NCBI GenBank assembly: GCA_964609585.1
Contig: CAZSRA010000004.1
Span: forward strand, 27,417-91,416
From: an uncultured Candidatus Saccharimonadales bacterium
GTDB taxonomy: Bacteria; Patescibacteriota; Saccharimonadia; UBA4664
Direction of reading: 5' to 3'
Length of the DNA: 64,000 nucleotides
Part shown: positions 30,203 to 38,665 of the stretch, one piece after another
Position numbering within the stretch: the stretch's first letter is position 1
Layout: each line of letters begins with the position of its first letter
Position numbers and translations under genes: made by a program
Notes under the pieces: generated by a model
Told to the model about the DNA's origin: nothing
Seen by the model: only the letters and a program-made list of their open reading frames with translations
Databases searched by the model: none

Positions 30203-31114
30203 GTGATGATTATGGAAGAGGGACAACTTCTCGAACTTCCCGTGCTGCCGGCCTTTGGGCTGCCGATGAATGTGAGCCTCGTTGCTAGATTCGGCGGACA
30301 CGCAAGTGCCCTCGATTTCGGTACGCCGGAGGAGGGGGCGACTCTGTTGCGCGAGACTGACCTGCTTGCGCCTGAAGCTCCCGGCTGGGATAGGTGGCTG
30401 TTGACCAACTACAACAAGGTGGCTCATGGTGACCTCGGGACCTACCGAAAGCTGGTTGCTGAGGCGGAACACAGTCCAGTAGGGGATTACGTTAGGGCAA
30501 TGATCGAAGGTCTGTTCTGGCACGGGCATGGTCTGAAGGTGATCCTGCTGGACGTCCCGGAGTCGTCGCTCTCGCGATCGGTTCTGCGCGCCGTGATGCG
30601 CCAGGGCGAGGTTCAGTCGAAGCGGCTACCCTTTGACCGGGCCGTGGAAAGTTTTCATGGTCTTTTGGTCGAGGCGATGCTTGTGAACATCCAGCGTGAA
30701 CATTATGTGCTGGTGAATCTCGCTCCGACGATCGAAGGAGCTATCGCGAACACGCCGAGACTGCGCGGACGGACGCCGGTACGAGTGCTCATACTGATGG
30801 GCGCTTACCATCAGGCCATGGGGCAAGAGATCAAATCGTGTCAGCGTGAGCTGGGTGTTGCTGGGTTCAGTTATACCGAATACGTCCAGCCTGGATTTGA
30901 GGGCTTGAGTATGACGAAATTCGGCAATGTGTGTCGCAGTGGAGTGGTGCCGAGTAGGGAACTGGCCGCCAGAGTGTTCGCTCATAATCTCGTGAGCGCC
31001 CGGCATTCCTTCTCGGACATCGAGCATAGCGGCGCCCAGAGCGCACACGTGCAGGCGATCGTCGACAGCATGTCGATGGCCGACATCCGGAATCTGTACA
31101 ACGAATCTCGGTGA
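30203..31114 (+). CDS. Hypothetical protein (orphan, about 303 aa)
   Basis: Long ORF with own promoter (GTGACA-17-CATAAT, 30124-30152), GGAAGG SD and terminator. Confidence 0.7.
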   Translation: MMIMEEGQLLELPVLPAFGLPMNVSLVARFGGHASALDFGTPEEGATLLRETDLLAPEAPGWDRWLLTNYNKVAHGDLGTYRKLVAEAEHSPVGDYVRAMIEGLFWHGHGLKVILLDVPESSLSRSVLRAVMRQGEVQSKRLPFDRAVESFHGLLVEAMLVNIQREHYVLVNLAPTIEGAIANTPRLRGRTPVRVLILMGAYHQAMGQEIKSCQRELGVAGFSYTEYVQPGFEGLSMTKFGNVCRSGVVPSRELAARVFAHNLVSARHSFSDIEHSGAQSAHVQAIVDSMSMADIRNLYNESR

Positions 31115-31129
31115 GGAGTGTAGTGTGAA

Positions 31130-31174
31130 GGGGTCGCGGCGGACGAAGTCTGCTGCGACCCCGTTTCGTTTCTT
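31130..31174 (+). terminator. Intrinsic terminator
   Basis: GGGGTCGCGGCGGAC-GAA-GTCTGCTGCGACCCC followed by a T-rich run. Confidence 0.8.
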
Positions 31175-31220
31175 GTGCGTAAACCATAAGTGCGTTACTC
31201 TAGCATATAGATATATGTAG

Positions 31221-31736
31221 GTGTATGTGCCACAGGTAGACATAAAAAATAAGCGCTCTAAGAAGCCAATATTCGTGGGAGTGGGAGCTCTCGGCATTGT
31301 TGTGATTATCGTTGGCGGGGTGTTGTGGTATGTGGGCCATCCTGCGGTTACGACTCAGACTGTATTGACACAGGCGGCGGACAAAGAGTTTTCCGGTGAC
31401 GGAAAAGGTGCGATTGCGCAATTGGAGCAACAGTTGAGTCATGCGAAAACCAATGAAGACAAGGTGAATATCTACTTGGCTATTGGAGTCGCCTACGAAA
31501 ATGAGCATGATAGTAAATCGGCGCTGGCGGCATATCAGAAGGCGGGGGCGATTAGCGCAAGCTATGGGACAAACGATTCTATAGCCAGGGCAGCTGCGGA
31601 AACGGGTGATAAGCCAATGGCAATTGATTACTATAAGCGCAATCTTGCCTTGATAAACGAGGGTAAAGCCAAAGAGAGTAGCGGTGATGCTCCGACGATT
31701 GAGCAAGCGATTAAAGACCTGGGGGGTACCCCATGA
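31221..31736 (+). CDS. Membrane-anchored TPR protein
   Basis: N-terminal TM; YLAIGVAYE...ALAAYQKA and AIDYYKRNL TPR-like helices. Confidence 0.75.
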   Translation: MYVPQVDIKNKRSKKPIFVGVGALGIVVIIVGGVLWYVGHPAVTTQTVLTQAADKEFSGDGKGAIAQLEQQLSHAKTNEDKVNIYLAIGVAYENEHDSKSALAAYQKAGAISASYGTNDSIARAAAETGDKPMAIDYYKRNLALINEGKAKESSGDAPTIEQAIKDLGGTP

Positions 31737-33667
31737 GGAGTCGTCTTGTAGTCGTAGCTGCGGTGGTGTTGTTTGCTATCGGGGTGGTAATCCCGGCCGG
31801 ATCTGCGGAAGCGGCGCCGTTTGCTCGAGCTGCAAATCACGGCTTTTTTACCAATCGATGTGATAACGGAGGCGGATCGGTCATAACGAGCGGTGTTCAC
31901 CCGACGGCCGCACCGTTGTACAACGGTAAGCCCTTCACTGCTAGCTTTATATCGCAGGTGCTTGGTTATCTGAGTGGTAGTGGTGGGAATAAGACGGGTG
32001 CTGAATTCCTGATTCTAACCATGCTCGGATATCCGGCTGGAACACCCAAGGCGACGGCGACCTTTGGGTTTGTTCAAACGAACTGGGTGAATTTGGTACA
32101 TGGTTATAGCGATAGAGGATGGATTCAGTGGAACGTCGCCTATAGTTTTACGTCTGATACATATTACCAAGGCGTGTATTCGTCGGTGGGTGGAATTTGT
32201 GACGGCATTGCTGGGTTCCCGGATGACGATGCTTGGTATTCACATTCGGCGACGGCTAATCCGGCGATTGTTTTTCACCAACCTGGGACAACTAGCTTCT
32301 ATGCCATACAGGAGTCGTGTGCAAATCCGCTCGGTGACTTTAATTTGCCGCCGTTGCCGATTCCAACGCCTGTTCCAAACTATAATGTGACTTTGTCGGC
32401 GGATACGAATGGTTCACCCTCCACGGTGGTGGCGGGGCAAAGCTATCGTATAGGCGTGGCAGTGAGCAATAGTGGGCCGGCGGCTTCGACCGTGGGCGAC
32501 ATTGAAGTGATGATGCCAGCAGCAGGCGTGGTGCAAGCTTGTGGGCCAACCTGTAATGACCCGGGCCAGAATGTGCTACTTTATGGTCCGACGGGCCCGG
32601 GAGGGCACAGTTACCGGGCGGCATCGACGATCCCGGGGACGGTCGGGCGCAACTGGGATTGGTCGGTGAATCCGCTGGGAGCAGGGGCGGGTGCCGGTAG
32701 TGTATTGAACTGGACGGTGGCACCGGGGACGCCAGTGGGGACGGTAATTACGTTTGATGTGTATTACTATAAGCAGAATTTGGCTGGCGGGGTGCAGCAT
32801 GTGACGGTAAGCTTCCGCGTGGTGTCGCAACGGACTCCGAGTATATCGGCTGCAAATAGCGACGTTCATGCAGGCGGTGGGCTGTGCGGGCAAGCATTGT
32901 CTGGCGGTAACGTGACGACGAGTCCGGGCGGAGCCTCATATGGCCAGTATGTAGTGTCGGCAACGGGCTCGATTAACAGTTTGTTTTCGAATAACGCCAG
33001 CAGTGGGGTCACGGATACGTTGAAGCTAGGCAATTTTGGCAGCTATGCTCAGGTATGTCGAGCGGATTTGTGGACGGCGGCTAAGGCGGGATGGCCGAGT
33101 GGGCCCGGTATTCATACCATTGGCGGATTGGGTGTCGCGTCGTTTGTGCTGGCGGGTAATGAAGGTGGGGTTTATTACTTCAACGGCACACACTTGAACC
33201 TGCACGGGGCGGTGGGTAATCCGATAGCTCCGGGCGTGCCGCCAGCTCCGGTGACGATTGTGACGCTCCAGCCGGGTGCAGTTGTCGAGATTGACGGCAA
33301 TATTACACTCAATAATACGGTGTATCCGCCGCACAGCGCGCCGTCGCTTGGGATTATTTCGGCGGGAGACATTTTGATTGATCCGGCGGTGACGCATGTG
33401 GATGCGTATTTGTTTTCTTCGGCAGGGACGATTGATACTTGTAACCCGATTGGGTCCTGTTCTACGCCCCAGTTGGTCGTGAACGGGTTTTTGATGGCCA
33501 AGAACATTTTGTTTAGTCGGGCGGGGGTCGTGAATACGAACGGCAATGCGGTGTCGGAAGCGATTAATCTGACGCCTCAAATTTACCTCAATCCGCCTAA
33601 ATATTTTGACGCGAGTGTGGATGATGTATTGCTCCAGGGGCAGGGTGAGCGAGCGCCTTTGTTCTGA
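31733..33667 (+). CDS. Large secreted pilus-associated adhesin-like protein A
   Basis: Signal peptide (AEA), DUF11/Ig-like segment (VVAGQSYRIGVAVSNSGP), C-terminal domain paralogous to 34208-36064. Confidence 0.75.
   Translation: MRSRLVVVAAVVLFAIGVVIPAGSAEAAPFARAANHGFFTNRCDNGGGSVITSGVHPTAAPLYNGKPFTASFISQVLGYLSGSGGNKTGAEFLILTMLGYPAGTPKATATFGFVQTNWVNLVHGYSDRGWIQWNVAYSFTSDTYYQGVYSSVGGICDGIAGFPDDDAWYSHSATANPAIVFHQPGTTSFYAIQESCANPLGDFNLPPLPIPTPVPNYNVTLSADTNGSPSTVVAGQSYRIGVAVSNSGPAASTVGDIEVMMPAAGVVQACGPTCNDPGQNVLLYGPTGPGGHSYRAASTIPGTVGRNWDWSVNPLGAGAGAGSVLNWTVAPGTPVGTVITFDVYYYKQNLAGGVQHVTVSFRVVSQRTPSISAANSDVHAGGGLCGQALSGGNVTTSPGGASYGQYVVSATGSINSLFSNNASSGVTDTLKLGNFGSYAQVCRADLWTAAKAGWPSGPGIHTIGGLGVASFVLAGNEGGVYYFNGTHLNLHGAVGNPIAPGVPPAPVTIVTLQPGAVVEIDGNITLNNTVYPPHSAPSLGIISAGDILIDPAVTHVDAYLFSSAGTIDTCNPIGSCSTPQLVVNGFLMAKNILFSRAGVVNTNGNAVSEAINLTPQIYLNPPKYFDASVDDVLLQGQGERAPLF
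32855..33667 (+). repeat. Copy 1 of about 0.8 kb duplicated C-terminal coding module
   Basis: AATAGCGAC(G/A)TTCATGCAGG to stop is colinear with 35234-36064, with long identical runs. Confidence 0.9.
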
Positions 33668-33777
33668 TCGGTATGGGCTCCGAGGGGATGTGCAGCTGAA
33701 CTGAGAAGGGGGGTATAGAGGCTGCAAGGCCATAAAGGTTATGGTAAACTTACGTGAGTATAGTTTGTGAGTGTTAG

Positions 33778-34227
33778 ATGCCCCAAGTTGAAATAGTTCC
33801 TCATGGTTCGAAAAAGCCGGTGGCTACTATTGGAGCTGGTGTAGCTGGCGTGATTTTGGTGGCGATTGTGATAGCGGCAGTGATGTGGCTGAACCGGCCG
33901 AAGCCGAAGTCGACGCTACCGATAACTCGGGTAGTGACACCGAAGAACACCACTTATTACGCCGTAGTGAGTGCCGCAGATGTCGCAAAAGCTCACGAGA
34001 CTCTGGCGGCGGAGGGGACTGTGCAATCATTTGACGGGAAGACGATAGGGTTTTTAGCGAATGGTTCGAAGCAAACTTTGAAGCTTGTGGTCACGCCTTC
34101 TACTCGATACACAAAAGGTGCCAGTTATGCGCCGGCCCAGGCTAGCGGTTTGAAGGGTGGCTCGCGTGCTATTGTGACCTACAATTCGAGAACTAATGAA
34201 GTGATGAGTGTGGCTTATGATCTCTAG
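33778..34227 (+). CDS. Single-pass membrane protein with OB-fold-like C-terminus
   Basis: TM GVAGVILVAIVIAAVMWL; EGTVQSFDG...LKGGSRAIVTY. Confidence 0.7.
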   Translation: MPQVEIVPHGSKKPVATIGAGVAGVILVAIVIAAVMWLNRPKPKSTLPITRVVTPKNTTYYAVVSAADVAKAHETLAAEGTVQSFDGKTIGFLANGSKQTLKLVVTPSTRYTKGASYAPAQASGLKGGSRAIVTYNSRTNEVMSVAYDL

Positions 34228-36064
34228 AAGGAGAACATGGCGACTTCGGCGGCCGATGACGATGGTGGTGGCGATAGCTGAGATCATATGGACGTTGGGA
34301 ATAGTGGTGCCGGCACAACCGGCATTTGCTGCGCAGGTGATTCAGAATTTGGCAACGAGCTCATCGCCTTCATTGCAGACACGATGGTATAGCTTGCGTG
34401 GATACGGCAGTATTCCGAAATGGGAACTGAACTGGCCGCAGCGAAGCGAGAATTGTCCATTTAACGGCAAGACCTATAAGACTTTGCCGTGGCAAGCTTA
34501 TGATCCGTTTAACTTATTTTTTAATGGCAACTACATGGATATCAGCAGTAACTGCGCTGATCGTTATACAGACGCGGGTACAGCGATTGGTGGGGGAGCC
34601 TGGATTTATCCAAGTGCACAAGGGGGCTGGGCAATGCCCGGGGGGCCACAATTTATAAATTGGCAGTCGGGGGCGTTTCCGGCTTTTTCGACGGTAATGA
34701 ATGGGTGTTTCAACGGTTCGCTGCCGGGCGGAAATGCAGCTGCGATTTGGGGAGCGGCTGGTCCTGATACGAGCGACCAGTTTTATGCGAGCGGCCCGAT
34801 TGGCACCATCCCCGGATTTGCTAATGGCTTATATTACGATAACTATCCTGGCGGTATACCTCAGGCTACAAAGCTGTTTTCAAATGGAGTAACGCTCGTA
34901 CGAGATAGCTTCAACTTGAACGCGACGGACATGATAAGGCTCAATCAGGGAAGCACCTCGTTGTTTATGCAAGCCTACGCGGATGACTGGTTGCAGGTTT
35001 ACCTTAACGGAGTTGCTGTGGGTGCATATACGACGACGACGGCGAGTAGAATGTCGCTTGATCTGACTGCGGTGAAGGGTTTGCTGGTGCCCGGGCAGAA
35101 TTGGATTGGGGTAATGGCTGCGGATAAGGCGGTGTTTGATGCGGCGGATCCGGGTGGTCGTGGGGCTGGGGTCTGCTACAACTTGCAGTACAAATACAGC
35201 GATGCCATTAGTAATCCGGGCTTACAGGGACTTAATAGCGACATTCATGCAGGTGGCGGGCTGTGCGGGCAGGCATTGTCTGGCGGTAATGTGACAACGA
35301 GTCCGAACAATCCGCCGAATCCTCCAGTGTCGTATGGGCAATATGTAGTGTCGGCAACGGGTTCGATTAATAATTTATTTTCGAATAATGCAAATAGTGG
35401 GGTGAATGACAAGTTAAAGGCGGGGAGCTCGGGAGGGTATGCGCAGGTGTGCCGAGCGGACTTATTGACGGCTGCTCGGGCAGGATGGCCGAGTGGGCCT
35501 GGGATTCATACCATTGGAGGTCTTGGAGCTGCATCTTTCAATCTGACAGGGACTGAGAGCGGGGTTTATTACTTTAATGGTACGCATTTGAACCTGCACG
35601 GGGCGGTGGGTAATCCGGTGGCTCCGGGTGTGCCGCCGAGCCCGGTGACGATTGTGACCTTGAATCCGGCGGCGGTGGTGGAGATCGATGGCAACATTAC
35701 GCTCAATAATACGGTGTATCCGCCGCATTCGGCGCCGTCGCTGGGGATTATTTCGGCATCGGATATTTTGATTGACCCGGCGGTGACGCATGTGGATGCT
35801 TATTTGTTTTCTTCGGCGGGGACGATTTATACGTGTAATGCAGCGCCGTCGGCTTGCTCGACGCCTTTACTAACGGTAAACGGGTTTTTGATGGCGAAAG
35901 ACCTTTCTTTTGGCCGGGTAGGGCCGTTTAACACTATGGGGTCGCCGATTACTGAGAGTATTGTGATGACGCCTCAAATCTACCTTAATCCGCCGAAGTA
36001 TTTTGATGTGAGTGTGGACGACGCTGTGTTGCAAGGGCAAGGTGAAAAACCCCCGCTATTTTAG
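34208..36064 (+). CDS. Large secreted pilus-associated adhesin-like protein B with galactose-binding-like domain (true start may be slightly downstream)
   Basis: Signal peptide (PAFA), ADDWLQVYLNG...LVPGQNWIGV jelly-roll pattern, shared C-terminal module. Confidence 0.75.
   Translation: MWLMISRRRTWRLRRPMTMVVAIAEIIWTLGIVVPAQPAFAAQVIQNLATSSSPSLQTRWYSLRGYGSIPKWELNWPQRSENCPFNGKTYKTLPWQAYDPFNLFFNGNYMDISSNCADRYTDAGTAIGGGAWIYPSAQGGWAMPGGPQFINWQSGAFPAFSTVMNGCFNGSLPGGNAAAIWGAAGPDTSDQFYASGPIGTIPGFANGLYYDNYPGGIPQATKLFSNGVTLVRDSFNLNATDMIRLNQGSTSLFMQAYADDWLQVYLNGVAVGAYTTTTASRMSLDLTAVKGLLVPGQNWIGVMAADKAVFDAADPGGRGAGVCYNLQYKYSDAISNPGLQGLNSDIHAGGGLCGQALSGGNVTTSPNNPPNPPVSYGQYVVSATGSINNLFSNNANSGVNDKLKAGSSGGYAQVCRADLLTAARAGWPSGPGIHTIGGLGAASFNLTGTESGVYYFNGTHLNLHGAVGNPVAPGVPPSPVTIVTLNPAAVVEIDGNITLNNTVYPPHSAPSLGIISASDILIDPAVTHVDAYLFSSAGTIYTCNAAPSACSTPLLTVNGFLMAKDLSFGRVGPFNTMGSPITESIVMTPQIYLNPPKYFDVSVDDAVLQGQGEKPPLF
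35234..36064 (+). repeat. Copy 2 of duplicated C-terminal coding module
   Basis: Colinear with 32855-33667. Confidence 0.9.
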
Positions 36065-36121
36065 GGCGCGAGTATTTCGCGAGTATTTCGCTTACATAAT
36101 GGTTATGGTAGAATTTGGATC

Positions 36122-37162
36122 ATGGGACTTTTCGTAAAAGAAGCAGAATTTTTCGGACTAGACATTGGATCAACGGCGATTCGGCTGGTGCAGCTGCGAC
36201 GAGCAGGGGATCATCCGGCGCTGGTGGCTTATGGATCGGTGCCGGTGCCGTTAAATCTGACGTCGAGTGACTCGAAGCTGGATCAGGATAAGATCGTAGA
36301 GCTCGTGAAGCAAGTGGTGCATGAGAACCGGGTGGCTTTGAAGAATGTGGTAGTGGGGCTGTCGGCAAATAAGGTGTTTGCCACGGTCATAACGACACCG
36401 AAACTCGATAACGCCCAGCTTGCGAAGGCGATTCGATACCAGGCTGAGCAATATATTCCGATGGCGCTTGATCAGGTGAAGCTTGATTGGTCGGTGATAG
36501 ACCAGAGTAAAGATGGTAAGCAGCTCGAAGTGCTGCTTGTGGCGGCGCCAAATTCGGCGATTGACAAGTACGTGGGAATTTTGGAGAAGGCGGGACTTGA
36601 GCCGCTAGCCTTGGAGCCAAATGCAACGGCGGTGGCTAGGGCTTTGATTCCGGTGAACAACTTGGCGGTGGTGGTAGTGGATTTTGGATCGCTGGATTCG
36701 GATATCTCCATTGTATGGAACAACGGGCCACGGTTGATTCGTTCGGTGTCGGTGGGGAGTACTACGCTGGTGCGATCGGTGGCGCAGAATTTGGGACTCG
36801 ACGAGGTGCAGGCGAATCAATTTACCTTTAAATTTGGTCTGACGCAGTCGAAGCTTGAGGGCCAGGTGTTTAAGGCAATCAAGCCGACATTAGACAACTT
36901 GGTGTCGGAAGTGGATAAATCTACGAAGTACTTTTTGGGGCGATACCCAGACGTGAAACTGGAGAAGCTGGTGATAACGGGGGCGGCGTCGAGTTTGCCG
37001 GAGCTAGGTCCATTTTTGGCCAATTCAACGGGACTACCGGTAGAGTTTGGCAACGCATGGACCAACGTGTCGTATCCGTCGGCGCTGCAGGATAAACTGA
37101 TGGGACTTTCGGTGGAATATGCGGCGGCAGTCGGACTGGCCGGCCGGGGGTACATGGGATGA
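36122..37162 (+). CDS. pilM: Type IV pilus assembly protein PilM
   Basis: FGLDIGSTAIRLVQL, AEQYIP, VLLVAAP, actin-like fold, AAVGLA. Confidence 0.93.
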   Translation: MGLFVKEAEFFGLDIGSTAIRLVQLRRAGDHPALVAYGSVPVPLNLTSSDSKLDQDKIVELVKQVVHENRVALKNVVVGLSANKVFATVITTPKLDNAQLAKAIRYQAEQYIPMALDQVKLDWSVIDQSKDGKQLEVLLVAAPNSAIDKYVGILEKAGLEPLALEPNATAVARALIPVNNLAVVVVDFGSLDSDISIVWNNGPRLIRSVSVGSTTLVRSVAQNLGLDEVQANQFTFKFGLTQSKLEGQVFKAIKPTLDNLVSEVDKSTKYFLGRYPDVKLEKLVITGAASSLPELGPFLANSTGLPVEFGNAWTNVSYPSALQDKLMGLSVEYAAAVGLAGRGYMG

Positions 37163-37749
37163 CAATGCTCATTAACCTTTTGCCGGATCTGCGTCAGGCT
37201 AAGCTAAAGGAGCGCCATCGTCGTCAATTGGTGACGGGCGTGTCGGTGACGGTGTGGATTGCCTGCGGAGCCATTGTGGCGCTGCTGTTTGTGTACATGG
37301 GCGGGCAAAAGGTGATTATTGCGACGACGACGAAGAGTGTGTCGGACAAAGAAGCGTCATTGCAGTCGATATCGGGTCTGGAGGATGCTTTAACGGCTAG
37401 CCAGCATTTGTCGAGCTTGTCGAGTTTGTATGCTAAACGCGTGTACATGAGTAAATTTTTTGATGTCTACATGCAGGCTAATCCCGCGACGGTAGCTCTG
37501 AGCTCGATGCAGATTGATTCATCGAATATCTTGACGATCCTCGGGACAGCTCCGAGCTATGCAGAGGTGGCAAAGCTAGCTCGTGCGCTCGAAGGGTCTA
37601 ACGTGACGGTGGGCGCGGGAGCGGCGGAGGCGAATGCGCCTTACTTTAGCAATGTAAGCATTCTGAGTCTTGATAACAGTGCTAAGACGGGCGTGAGTTT
37701 TACTATTAGCGCCACTTTGGCGGCAGGAGTAACCAGTGGCAGCAACTAA
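37159..37749 (+). CDS. pilN: PilN-like protein
   Basis: INLLP motif followed by TM; ATGA overlap with pilM. Confidence 0.88.
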   Translation: MTMLINLLPDLRQAKLKERHRRQLVTGVSVTVWIACGAIVALLFVYMGGQKVIIATTTKSVSDKEASLQSISGLEDALTASQHLSSLSSLYAKRVYMSKFFDVYMQANPATVALSSMQIDSSNILTILGTAPSYAEVAKLARALEGSNVTVGAGAAEANAPYFSNVSILSLDNSAKTGVSFTISATLAAGVTSGSN

Positions 37750-38380
37750 GACAACGGTTAAAGCAGAGAATTTATCAAATAATAATTTGATGATTGTGAT
37801 GCTGTTGATATCGCTTCTGGCGGTGGGCGTGTCGGTGCTTGTGGGCAAATCTTTGGTGACAACGATCGTACGCGATACAACAGTAGTGAAAAAGGAAAGC
37901 GCAGCCGATAAACAGCTTTCGTCCGATAAAGATGCGGCGCCGAAGCTGGTAGACGCATACGGGCAGCTCAATGACAAGACTAAACTTGTGGCAGACGCAT
38001 TGCCAACAGAGCCGGATTTTCCGAGCCTGATCGTGACACTTGAGAATATGGCAAAAACAGCGGGTGTGACGCTTAAAAGTGTGACACCTGCTCAAGCGGG
38101 TGCGTCGTCGGTGGATGCGTCGGCCGGGGCTACGGCCGCTGCTTCTACGGACACAAGTGTGGCGCCGACTCCTCAGAGCTATAAGTTTGGCATTAGTTTT
38201 AGTGGGACGTACGCTAGTTTGACAAAGTTTTTGACGGTTATAGAGACTTCGGCCCGGCCGATGCGGGTGCTCGATATGCAGCTCGCTGGTGGCGGAAGCG
38301 CTTTGAGCGGGCAGTTTGACGTCGAAACCTTCTATCAAGGTAAGGCTCAATTGCCCTTCGGTAAGGAGACGGTGAAATGA
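37736..38380 (+). CDS. pilO: PilO-like protein
   Basis: TM, ALPTEPDFPSL, GTYASLTKFLTVIETSARPM. Confidence 0.85.
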   Translation: MAATKTTVKAENLSNNNLMIVMLLISLLAVGVSVLVGKSLVTTIVRDTTVVKKESAADKQLSSDKDAAPKLVDAYGQLNDKTKLVADALPTEPDFPSLIVTLENMAKTAGVTLKSVTPAQAGASSVDASAGATAAASTDTSVAPTPQSYKFGISFSGTYASLTKFLTVIETSARPMRVLDMQLAGGGSALSGQFDVETFYQGKAQLPFGKETVK

Positions 38381-38631
38381 AACAAAAAGATATTATCTCT
38401 TTAGTGTTCGCAGTTGGGATTCTTTTGGTGGCCGGCTACATTGGCTATACGCAGCTTTTGCCAAAGCAGGCTACGGGTCCAACCACGGTGACCGTAGACA
38501 AGGTAGGGGTAATTCCTGATAGCTTGGACGCTTCGGGGCTTGCGGCCATTAATGATCCCACCAAGGTGGTGGATTTTAATGCGCCGGTGGATTTGTCGGG
38601 CTTGAACAATCAAGCACCGTTTGGTCCCTGA
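38377..38631 (+). CDS. Small single-pass membrane protein in PilP position
   Basis: TM then short domain ending NNQAPF; ATGA overlap with pilO. Confidence 0.65.
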   Translation: MKQKDIISLVFAVGILLVAGYIGYTQLLPKQATGPTTVTVDKVGVIPDSLDASGLAAINDPTKVVDFNAPVDLSGLNNQAPFGP

Positions 38632-38665
38632 AGGAGTTTGATAATGGTTAAGTTTGCGAGGTCTG

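Noticed and set aside
31733-36064. Diversity-generating retroelement TR/VR pair
   Set aside because: The repeat is about 0.8 kb, both copies are coding, differences are mostly synonymous and not adenine-specific, and there is no reverse transcriptase in the window.
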